A stretch of DNA of 64,000 bases from a virus (taxonomy: Duplodnaviria > Caudoviricetes). Below are positions 27,407 to 36,634 of the stretch, piece after piece. The notes below the pieces were generated by a model. The model saw only the letters and a program-made list of their open reading frames with translations. It ran no database searches and was not told where the DNA came from. A program made the translations under genes and the position numbers. The stretch lies in the IMG/VR virus record IMGVR_UViG_3300014205_000218, positions 5,880 through 69,879 of that record, one strand, 5' to 3'. Position 1 is the stretch's first letter. Each line of letters starts with the position of its first letter.

Positions 27407-27916
27407 TTGGTTGAAATGCACGAATCCTTTGGATACCCCGCACAGCTTTTGCAATTTCTCAAGGTCCAACGTGATGGCGCTGACCTGGAGAACCTTCGCA
27501 ACAAGAGTAAGTTTGAGGCGCAACTGGTGACGTGGCGGAGCAATTCGCTGCATGTCGGATCGGAGTTGCCACGGCCTGCGGTCCCAAACATGAAATCCGT
27601 GGACACCGTGAAGGCGACCGAGCGTTTCAAGCAGTGGTACGAGGCCGAGTACCCGGCTGAAGTGGTCTTCGATTTCTTCGAGTTCACGCCGCTGGAGTTG
27701 GCCCCTGGCACGTGGGACTTGACGCCGAAGAACGTGGCCGCCCCGCCGGTTGACCCTGTGGCTGGCCCCGACGGTTCTATCCCCGGCCAATATCTTGTTT
27801 CGGCTGGCGATGATTTTCCGCTCGACTCGGTGATTGAGCATCCGAAGTATGGGCGGCTGAAGAAGACCGGACGCGTTACCCCGTTCGGATCTTGGTATCG
27901 CTGGGTAGCGGTTTAG
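27407..27916 (+). CDS. Hypothetical late protein
   Basis: Coupled ORF in the late operon. Confidence 0.55.
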   Translation: MVEMHESFGYPAQLLQFLKVQRDGADLENLRNKSKFEAQLVTWRSNSLHVGSELPRPAVPNMKSVDTVKATERFKQWYEAEYPAEVVFDFFEFTPLELAPGTWDLTPKNVAAPPVDPVAGPDGSIPGQYLVSAGDDFPLDSVIEHPKYGRLKKTGRVTPFGSWYRWVAV

Positions 27917-28979
27917 CAGAGGAGACTCGTTATGCACAAGATTGCAATTCTGTACCTCGCGGCATTCCTCGTGATTGCCGTTGCTAAGGCCGATCCGGAT
28001 TTCCCGGAATGCTACCCGTGCGACACGAAGGTGCAAGTCGTTACGAATCAGTCGTTTAGCGGGCCTACAATCCCGCCCATCGACGATGACGAAACCGGTG
28101 GAACGAAAAACCACATTTCCCATGCAGGACTTCGGTAAGGGGCCGCTCTGATGTTTATGGATGAACTGAACGCCGCTGACGCCAGAATCAATAATCTCCG
28201 ACGTTCTGAAAACCACGTCAATTGCGAGCGGAAGCGAGAGGACGCCATTGAGAAACAGGAACAGGTGGCGTGCCGCGTATCTGTAGCGCCGGATTTCGAG
28301 TCTCTCCACGAGCCTACAGAGAAATTAAATCGCTCTATTGGCTTCAACAGCCGCAGAGGGAAGGTCTACAGGGAAGCCGCCCCAGGACGATCCGCAAGAT
28401 AATTCATGGAACGCGCTGGGCCAACGTCGCTTAATTCATGATCCCCACGATCAAATCCGAGGGCCGAATCGCTTGATCGCTGATTTCATCGGGCGCAGGA
28501 GTGGTTGCGAATGGCTGAACCGACACAAGTTCAAGTAGGGTTGACATTTCCCGGCGAAGCGCTGGCGATTGAGGTCATTAAGTTAATCACGCTGATGATT
28601 GAGAGCACGCCGATGGAAGTCCGTCAGGAGCAAGCCCGCGACGGATGGGAGCGGTACAAGCGGCTGCTGGATTTTTTCGACAAGTTGACTGGCGTGAAGC
28701 CCGCGGAATAATCCGGTGATGTATGTCTCCTGCGTGCCTTATTCATCCTGAGTTTGACGGGCGCACGAAGCCGGTTTGGACGAATTGTGCGGCGTGTCTT
28801 TACCGCTGGGTGACGTTTCAGTCTGACGCGTATTTGATCGCGGAAGACGCGCTCCTGATTAAGAAATTCATATCGCCGGGTATCGGATAACCCGGCACTC
28901 AACTTCCCGCGGCCTGATCCTGGCCCCGTAATGACGGACACTTTCAAGCCCAGTAGCCCACGGCCGCGGGAAACCTCTT

Positions 28980-29351
28980 ATGAGCATCAGTAACTACCTC
29001 GAAAACAAGATTCTAGATAAGGTGTTCAGTAACACCGACTTCACGGTCACGACAGCCTACGTTTCCCTGCATACCGGTGACCCCGGCGAGACCGGGGCCG
29101 ACGAGGCCGCCGGTGGTAGCTATGCTCGCCAATCCGCCGCGTTCGATGCGTCCGCCAGCGGCGCAACTGCGAATGCCGCAGATATCACTTTCACGGCAAT
29201 GCCAACGGCCACGATTACACATATCGGCGTTTGGGACGCGTCCACGACAGGAAATTTTCTCTGGGGCGGCGCGGCTTCGGCATCCAAGGCGCTCACATCG
29301 GGCGATGAATACAAGATCCTCGAAGGCGATCTTGACGTGACGCTCGATTAA
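28980..29351 (+). CDS. Virion fibre/spike-associated structural protein
   Basis: MSISNYLENKILD...YVSLHTGDPGETG...SYARQS family, commonly annotated as phage tail-fibre protein. Confidence 0.7.
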   Translation: MSISNYLENKILDKVFSNTDFTVTTAYVSLHTGDPGETGADEAAGGSYARQSAAFDASASGATANAADITFTAMPTATITHIGVWDASTTGNFLWGGAASASKALTSGDEYKILEGDLDVTLD

Positions 29352-29862
29352 GCCGAAAACATGGGCATCCTTCAGGACAACAAGATTCAAATTGCGGCGC
29401 TGACTGCGGTTGTAGCGGATCTTCAGGACCGCGTTGAAGCACTGGAACGCGTGGCCGCTGAGACGTGGATCGCGAGATTCAGGCGCTGGATGAAGGGGTA
29501 ATCGAAATGGCATTGCAGACATTGTTAGCCGCGCAGAATCGCGGACCGCTCACGTTGACCACCGCCAGTTTCACCTTGCCTGCGGAAGGATGGTCGGCGG
29601 CGAAGATTATCTTTTCCGTCTCCAGTAACCATCTGTTGAACGTAAATAAGCGGTTTTCGGTGATGCTACAGACCTACGGCAATGGTCAGTGGAATGACGA
29701 CACTTCTCTTACGTGGGAGGGTGGAGAGTTCCCTGATCGCACTGGCGTTACCCCGCGGCCTTCGATGACCATTCAGGCCGAAGGCTACGCCGGAGCCCAG
29801 GTGCGCGCGGTTATCGATCTCCCTGTACAGGTGAATACCGGAGTGCAGATTGACGTCGTGTA

Positions 29863-31128
29863 ATGGCGATCGCGCATGTTCAGACTCCGACTCCGGTTGA
29901 GTTATCGAACGTAACTTCCATCGGAAAGACGTTCACCTCAACGCCGGTAGTCGGGAATTACATTTTCGTCTTCGTTGGCGCATGGACGAGTGCCGGTACC
30001 GCGCCGACAATCACGTCGGTAACGGACAACAAGGGGAACAGCTATTCGCTCGCCAGGCAGCAGAGCGTCATCAATATCGCAGGCTCCAGGGCGAACGTTT
30101 GGATTTACTACGCGAAGGTTGCCACTGCGACCGCGACATTCACCGTCACGGTCAACTTTTCGGCCTCCGTCCTGCCCACCCTGGGAATCAGCGAATTCTC
30201 GGGGGTCAAGGCCACTTCACCGCTCGACGCGTCGAATAACGGCGGTACCGGATCGAGCACGTCGGCGAGTTCTGGGAGCATCACCCCGACCGGCACATGC
30301 CTATACCTCGGGCAGGTTGGACATGCCGGCAGCGGGACCACAACGCCATCGACCTCGGGATCGTGGGCGCAGCTTGTAGAGATCGATGAGAACAACGATT
30401 CACAAGTTCAGAACATTGCCTATGTAATCGGGAGTGGCGCGAAGTCTGAAACCTGGACGATCCCAAATTCCGCCTGGGGCGCGCAGGCTGTTGCGTTTCA
30501 GGAAGAGTCAGCGGGCGGCCCAACAACTCACTTCGGTGAGGCAACGATATCCGGCAATGGCTCGTTAGCGGCATCTGGGAAGCGAATAACATTTACGACG
30601 GCTTCAATGTCCGGCGCCGGTTCGCTGGGTGGCGTTGGCCGCAAAGTCACGTTCGGCTCCACATCGTTTACCGGAGTTGGTTCACTGGAGTCCATCGGTC
30701 TTCGCACTGTATTTGGATCAAGCAGTATTTCAGGCGCGGGCTCACTGGAGGCCACCGGCCAAAGAACAGCAGTAGTGAGCGCGGCCCTCTCCGGTGAATC
30801 GGACTTGGCGGCCGTTCCGCTAAGGATTGCGGTTGGCTCGGCATCACTGAGCGGGGTTGGGTCTCTTGCAGCGCAAATCGGCACGGCGGTTACTCACTTC
30901 GGGGCCGCATCGCTATCCGGTCTGGCCGATATGGTCGCCGTCGCGAAGCGTATCGCTGTGAGCGGGTCGAGTTTTACCGGCGCAGGTGGACTAAGTGCAA
31001 CTGGGAAACGAATCGCGGTTGTTTCTGCGGCGCTGAGTGGAGTTGGTTCTCTCACGGCCCGCGTGCAGGGCGCGGCGAAGCGGACCAAGGGCGCATGGAT
31101 TTCATTGCGAATTGGATTGGGGTTTTAA
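29863..31128 (+). CDS. Virion fibre protein with C-terminal A/S-LSGxGSL repeats
   Basis: S/T/G-rich beta domain, then about 9 repeats resembling SLSGVGSLAA...R. Confidence 0.65.
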   Translation: MAIAHVQTPTPVELSNVTSIGKTFTSTPVVGNYIFVFVGAWTSAGTAPTITSVTDNKGNSYSLARQQSVINIAGSRANVWIYYAKVATATATFTVTVNFSASVLPTLGISEFSGVKATSPLDASNNGGTGSSTSASSGSITPTGTCLYLGQVGHAGSGTTTPSTSGSWAQLVEIDENNDSQVQNIAYVIGSGAKSETWTIPNSAWGAQAVAFQEESAGGPTTHFGEATISGNGSLAASGKRITFTTASMSGAGSLGGVGRKVTFGSTSFTGVGSLESIGLRTVFGSSSISGAGSLEATGQRTAVVSAALSGESDLAAVPLRIAVGSASLSGVGSLAAQIGTAVTHFGAASLSGLADMVAVAKRIAVSGSSFTGAGGLSATGKRIAVVSAALSGVGSLTARVQGAAKRTKGAWISLRIGLGF

Positions 31129-31159
31129 ATCTGGTTTTTAAATCTGGTTTTAGGAGCGT

Positions 31160-31423
31160 ATGGGAATCGATTTAATGCCTCGCGTGACTGGCTTCCCGAT
31201 GGAGAGCCCGGCTGAGCACGCATGGGCGATTACTCCCGGCTCAGGAGAACTGCAGTATTACACGCGGGCGATCTACGTCGGCGGTGACGGCAACATCACG
31301 GTTGACACCGTGGGCGGTGAAACCGGGGTTCAGTTTGTGGGGCTAAGTGCGGGCCAAACGATTTCAGTTCGGGCGAAGAAAGTCACCGCGGCAACCGCCA
31401 CGAATCTTATTGGCTTGGCATGA
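31160..31423 (+). CDS. Head-spike base protein (RcGTA Rcc01079-like)
   Basis: SPAEHAWAITP...TRAIYVGGDGNITV...FVGLSAGQTISVRAKKVTAATATNLIGL. Confidence 0.7.
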   Translation: MGIDLMPRVTGFPMESPAEHAWAITPGSGELQYYTRAIYVGGDGNITVDTVGGETGVQFVGLSAGQTISVRAKKVTAATATNLIGLA

Positions 31424-31616
31424 CGTGGAACCGGCACGATCACAAGACGAGATCGAGTGGGCGTTTTACGACCGGCTTAATGAGTTGTTCGCTATGTACG
31501 GGATCACGGACCAGGAATATATGGACAAGATTTTGCCTGCTATTCCTGCATCGTTCATCTTCGACGCGGAAGTAGCGGAGCAGCATATTCGCGTGTACCG
31601 GGCACGGAAACGTTAG

Positions 31617-33605
31617 ATGGCAGGGAAGAAGGCGAAAGCAGCTCGGCCGCGTGTCGAGATGTACGGCTTCGATGGCTTCGACAAATTTGATGTCGGAGTG
31701 CGCCAGGACGAATCGATTGTTGCGTTCGCCCCTGTATGGTGTGGCGGATACGATACCGATGCTGAAGGCGAAAGGCATTTTCACCATTTCACGGGAAAGA
31801 CTTGTGATTGCCCGCCTGGCCCGCAGATTCTCGCGCTGGCGACGAGCGCCCGTGAGATTGCCTTAGGCGGAGGCCGCGGGTCCGCAAAAACCCACGTAGG
31901 GTTCGGGTTCATCCTGAAAGGCAACAATACTCCCGGATCTACGGACCCGGTTGATATCAGCTATATCAACAGCCCTGATTACCGATTCCTAGTTCTTCGC
32001 GAGACATCGACTGATCTTGATGATTGGTTTGATCGTGCGGTATCGATTTTTGATCACCTCGGAGTAACACCGAACTATACCGACAAAACATTAGAATTTC
32101 CAAGCGGCGCGATGGGTATCTGCGGCCACATGCAGGACGCGAACAGTTATCGCAAATACCAGGGCAAGCAGTACCAGCGGATGGTTATCGAAGAGGCAAC
32201 ACAAATCGCCGACGAGAAACTGATCGCCCGTATCATGCTTTCGCTTCGGACTAAGAACCCGAAGTTGAAGCCGCAGGTGATGTTGACCGCAAATCCTGAT
32301 GGCCCTGGGATTACCTGGTTCAAAACGCGCTACATCAATTTGACGCATGCGGATCTGAGCCCGGTTAAGCCAGGGATTAAATGGGAAGGCGCTGGCAAGA
32401 AACTGAGCCGCATCTTCATCAAGTCCACGGTGTATGACAACCCGTACTTGATGGCGAATGACCCGGCGTATGTCGCCGACCTTGAAAATCTACCGCCCGG
32501 TGAGCGCGAGCGATGGCTTGAGGGTGATTTCGATGCCATTGAGGGTCAATACTTCACGGAATTCCGCCCCGACGGCCCGCGACCGGATCGTAAGGGCGGC
32601 ATGGAGCCGGCAGAGGCAAATCACGTCATCCCGGCCGAGTCGATGGTGTTTCGGCCCCATTGGCCGCGGGCAATCAGTTTAGACGTTGGGTATGGGCATC
32701 GGTCCGTGGCCCTCTGGGGATGTTGGAACCCAAAGAAGCAATTGAACATTTACCGGGAGTTCTCGGTATCCAAAATGGGATACGTCGAACTCGGTTACGA
32801 GATCGCGATGAAAAGCTACGGCGATCTTGAAGCGGCCCCGAATAACCACCTGGTCCTGTATGCCAGCCACGACGCTTTCAACCGCGAGAATGATGTTCCG
32901 ACGGAAGCAGAGTTGATTGCTGAGGGGATCAAGAAGGTGCTCGGCAAAGATGCCGCGTTCGTCTATGGCCCGACGCTGGACGAGCAGTTCCTTCCGGTAG
33001 AAGAGGCATTGGCCGCAATAGAACGCCGCCATCGAGAGGTCGCCCAGAAGGTTCACATCACGATTCAGAGAGCCCCAAAGAACACGAAAGCAACGGCGGC
33101 TATCGCGCGCGAGTTGTTCCGGTTCTGGAAGCTCGCGAAGTCTACCATTAAACCGAATGATGAAGTCGCCAGGAGACTACTTCTAGAGCAGGGCGCGCTC
33201 GCGTACAAGCAGTACATGGATACGTTTTCTGATGCCAAGGATGAGATTCTTCCGCGGATTCAGATCTCCGGTGAGTGCCAGCGGTTGATTGCCTGCTTGA
33301 AATTGATGGTCCGCGATTCAAACGATCCGGACAAGATTTTGAAGCAGAACGGCGATGACGAATGGGACAGTCTGGGCTACATGATCGGCGGATTCAAGTT
33401 CACCGAGAGAGAGGCCCCAAAGGACATCTACATCGCCGAAAAAGTGAACGCCATCCGTGCCCGCACTCCCGGCATGGACACGAACTCTCTTGTGATGGCG
33501 AACCGCATCGCCGAGGCGCAGTATGACAAAGACCACGCCGCGCTGAAGGGGTTCAATATCCCGCGGCGCGCGGGGCCGACTTCACGTAGGCATCGGGTGA
33601 ATTAA
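31617..33605 (+). CDS. terL: Terminase large subunit
   Basis: GGGRGSAKT Walker A, VIEEATQ Walker B, TANP, SLDVG nuclease motif, DDEWDSLGY. Confidence 0.92.
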   Translation: MAGKKAKAARPRVEMYGFDGFDKFDVGVRQDESIVAFAPVWCGGYDTDAEGERHFHHFTGKTCDCPPGPQILALATSAREIALGGGRGSAKTHVGFGFILKGNNTPGSTDPVDISYINSPDYRFLVLRETSTDLDDWFDRAVSIFDHLGVTPNYTDKTLEFPSGAMGICGHMQDANSYRKYQGKQYQRMVIEEATQIADEKLIARIMLSLRTKNPKLKPQVMLTANPDGPGITWFKTRYINLTHADLSPVKPGIKWEGAGKKLSRIFIKSTVYDNPYLMANDPAYVADLENLPPGERERWLEGDFDAIEGQYFTEFRPDGPRPDRKGGMEPAEANHVIPAESMVFRPHWPRAISLDVGYGHRSVALWGCWNPKKQLNIYREFSVSKMGYVELGYEIAMKSYGDLEAAPNNHLVLYASHDAFNRENDVPTEAELIAEGIKKVLGKDAAFVYGPTLDEQFLPVEEALAAIERRHREVAQKVHITIQRAPKNTKATAAIARELFRFWKLAKSTIKPNDEVARRLLLEQGALAYKQYMDTFSDAKDEILPRIQISGECQRLIACLKLMVRDSNDPDKILKQNGDDEWDSLGYMIGGFKFTEREAPKDIYIAEKVNAIRARTPGMDTNSLVMANRIAEAQYDKDHAALKGFNIPRRAGPTSRRHRVN

Positions 33606-33915
33606 ATGGCAATCCAATTCACAAATCTAAAGGCCATGTGGCGCAAGCCCTACTATTCGCTAGCGGGAGTCTTTCGTTCTGATGAAAATCTCGATTGGAT
33701 ACCTTCCGCCAATTGGATGGCCTTTGACGAAGCAGCGGAGGCTCCGGATGGTTCGCGTATCACATTTTCTTTCCCGAACCCGCCGGCGTTCATCCAGTTG
33801 AATGGGCAGTGGTTGATAGAGAACCATGGCTACACCCGATCGGGAAGTACTGTAACTTTCCCCTTCGCCCCAGTAGTAGGCGACGTGATTCGGTCCGTTC
33901 CGTAAATAACCATCC

Positions 33916-35796
33916 ATGGCAATGCAGATTGATTGGGTTAATCAGGTAAAGCGCAAGCCCAGCCTGGATTCCCGCGATTATCGATTCACGTTGACGAATG
34001 GCGTGCATTTTACGGCCGACCTATCCTCGGCTGGATCGAAAACGGTCACTATCGCTGCAGGTTTCGTTTGGCCGACGGGGATCGCCGGCGGCAACACCCG
34101 CCACTATGTTTACATCAGCGGCGGTACTGGGACCGGAGAGGCTGTTCTCATTACGGGCGGCACGGCTACTGGAGGCGGGGCCGGGACATTAAGTTTCACT
34201 ACTGCGAATACTCATACCGGGTCATACACGATCACTAGCGCGACAGCGGGGCTAATGGAGGCGCAATGGAGCCTTCCCGGTTCTGGCGGAGCTATCGAGG
34301 TAGCGTCTGGCTCCTACACCATGTATGCGCCATTCCACAAGCGGGCTATCCCGGTATTCGTTCGAGGGGCGGGCGAGGACGTAACAACGTTCATCGTTGA
34401 CCCTTCCTTCGGACTCAGCCACACGGGCGTATTTTCAGCGCCGGACGATCTCGCAATTTACAACACGGCATATCTGACCAGCGGTGGTTTCAAAGATTTC
34501 ACTGTCTCTTTCACGCAACCAGACTCAGTTACGTTTGGCGACTACACAGCATGGCCGCCGGCGATATACGGGCAGAAAACCTCCCGGTTGCATATTGAAC
34601 GGGTGAAGATCATATGCGCCTACGATGCCGTCACTATCGACGGCTATAACGGGCCGACCATTCGCGATGTGAAGGCGAGTTTTGTCAGGCGCGGAATTTC
34701 GCTTTCGTCGATCGTGGACTCATCGCGCGTAGAGAATTTTCATGCCTGGCCGTTTGGGATGACGGCTAATCAAAACATGGTGATGCTCTATGGCTCCCAA
34801 GCGCAATCGTTCTATATCGGCAAGGCTGACGACGTAAAAATTACGGGAGCAGCCACTGCAGCTAACTTCGGAACGTTCTACTCGCAATCAACCGGGCTGC
34901 TGACTGGAAACCCGTGGGTGGAGATTGTGTCCGCGGATATGGATGCCGGTGGCCTTACGATGGAGGCCGGCCGCGTCCATGTGATGGGTGGAACAATTGG
35001 CGCGACGCAAGACGCGACCTACCGCCCGTCGCAGCGCTCAATCAGCTACACGGGTGGAGAGTTACAAATAGAAGGGGCTTGGATTGGCAGCGAGGCCGCC
35101 AATGCCACCACTAGTTTGGTGGATTTGGATTTCTCTAGCAGTGGCGTGGCGACGGATCAGGGAACGGCTTATGTGAAGTTTAATGGCTGCAGGTTCGATT
35201 GGACGAAAGACGCTCATTTCGTCCGCGCGCATACGACTGGCGCTAATCACGGCTCAGTAATCTTCACTGCAAACCGGTTTAACAACCAGGCAGCGGTTGC
35301 CGTGTCCCCATCAAATGCCGTTATCCTTGCGGAAGGACGCGTCAAGGTAATTCTCACCGGAAATAGCGCAAATGATAAATCTACCGGGACGGGCTATTTT
35401 TTTAGTACCGATTCCGATATGGGGCATACGCTGGTAGGGAATACGCTGCCAGGCTGGTCGATTGAATATTCCGCCGCTAATGGCACATGGGCAGTGGGGC
35501 AGAATAGCGGATTGGTAAATCCTACCCCGATAGGCTCGACGGTTGCATCGGATGCTTCAATCGAGCCCACCGGAAGAGTCTTTCATGTTTCAGGCACGTC
35601 TGCTATCGGAACAATTCAAACCGCGCTGACAATGGGTTCCAGCCCCGCGCAGATTCATGACATCACGATGATTCCCGATGACATTTTTACGTGGAACACA
35701 TCGAGCAACATTGCCGTAGTGGGCACGGCCGTTGTTGGAAAGCCGGTTCGATTCATGTACGACGCCAGCACCAGTAAGTGGTACCCGAGTTACTAA
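33916..35796 (+). CDS. Tailspike/depolymerase-like beta-helix protein
   Basis: GGAIEVASGSY...VFVRGAG start of a pectin-lyase-like helix; G/S/T-rich. Confidence 0.6.
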   Translation: MAMQIDWVNQVKRKPSLDSRDYRFTLTNGVHFTADLSSAGSKTVTIAAGFVWPTGIAGGNTRHYVYISGGTGTGEAVLITGGTATGGGAGTLSFTTANTHTGSYTITSATAGLMEAQWSLPGSGGAIEVASGSYTMYAPFHKRAIPVFVRGAGEDVTTFIVDPSFGLSHTGVFSAPDDLAIYNTAYLTSGGFKDFTVSFTQPDSVTFGDYTAWPPAIYGQKTSRLHIERVKIICAYDAVTIDGYNGPTIRDVKASFVRRGISLSSIVDSSRVENFHAWPFGMTANQNMVMLYGSQAQSFYIGKADDVKITGAATAANFGTFYSQSTGLLTGNPWVEIVSADMDAGGLTMEAGRVHVMGGTIGATQDATYRPSQRSISYTGGELQIEGAWIGSEAANATTSLVDLDFSSSGVATDQGTAYVKFNGCRFDWTKDAHFVRAHTTGANHGSVIFTANRFNNQAAVAVSPSNAVILAEGRVKVILTGNSANDKSTGTGYFFSTDSDMGHTLVGNTLPGWSIEYSAANGTWAVGQNSGLVNPTPIGSTVASDASIEPTGRVFHVSGTSAIGTIQTALTMGSSPAQIHDITMIPDDIFTWNTSSNIAVVGTAVVGKPVRFMYDASTSKWYPSY

Positions 35797-35799
35797 CCA

Positions 35800-36108
35800 A
35801 TGAATCCCAATCAAAGACAGGGGCCGCCCCCTCCGCTTCGCACGCCCGGCGCGCCTCCGGTGGCTGCTGATGTTCCGGTGGAGGCTACTGAGCCAGAGGT
35901 TCAGCAAGGGCCAGCGCCGATCTCCCCCGAGATGGTCTGCTACCGGACAGCGGATGAAGTGTGTGGGACATGCGATCACTTCGGCGAAGGCGGCGCGTGT
36001 GCGGTTCTGGGGATGACCGTTGAGCCGGGAGATGGATGCAACGCTTGGGCGCCCGCTGAGGGCGGCGCGGGTGCGGTGGAGCCGGGCGTGGAGGGGCAGG
36101 CCGTATGA
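35800..36108 (+). CDS. Small protein with HiPIP-like Cys motif
   Basis: CGTCDHF...GACAV...VEPGDGCNAW. Confidence 0.5.
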   Translation: MNPNQRQGPPPPLRTPGAPPVAADVPVEATEPEVQQGPAPISPEMVCYRTADEVCGTCDHFGEGGACAVLGMTVEPGDGCNAWAPAEGGAGAVEPGVEGQAV

Positions 36109-36229
36109 GCCTTGCGGATATAGCGGCTTGCGTAATAATTCTATCGCCACTCGTGATCCTTGCGCTGCAATACATGGATCGTGCTAGCTGTAAAAAAGTC
36201 AACTGGAATGAGCGGCCAGAATCTAGGCC

Positions 36230-36625
36230 ATGGCGGCGATCTCTATGACCACCTTCCTCCTACTCTTTTCACGGTTCCGCGACCTCCTCGCGTCCGAAAT
36301 AAGCCTCAAGGCCCGGCTGGAAACTTATGAGTCTCGCGTCTCCGAACTCGAAGCCGAACTCCGCCGGGTGAATGATGAGCACAAAGAAGACCTGCGCAAA
36401 GTCACAGATTCGTATTCACGGAATACAGGTCGAAATGTTTTCTCCCGCGCCGAAGCCCCCGCGGCTGCGCCGGTAGCGTTCCCTCAACCGAAGCGCGTAA
36501 TGGCGCGTGAGTGGGCAATCGCAGCCACACGCGAAGCTCGCGAACAGTACCTGAAAAACGTTCAAGCCGGATTTGCCGCTGAAGCCGCCGAAGCCACAGC
36601 GCCTACTGAAGAAGCCACCGCTTAA
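36230..36625 (+). CDS. Hypothetical coiled-coil protein before the portal
   Basis: ORF with a heptad-like segment. Confidence 0.55.
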   Translation: MAAISMTTFLLLFSRFRDLLASEISLKARLETYESRVSELEAELRRVNDEHKEDLRKVTDSYSRNTGRNVFSRAEAPAAAPVAFPQPKRVMAREWAIAATREAREQYLKNVQAGFAAEAAEATAPTEEATA

Positions 36626-36634
36626 CTCCCGTTA

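Noticed and set aside
27095-28309. 404-aa minus-strand ORF
   Set aside because: Antisense to several coupled plus-strand late genes; no recognisable motifs.
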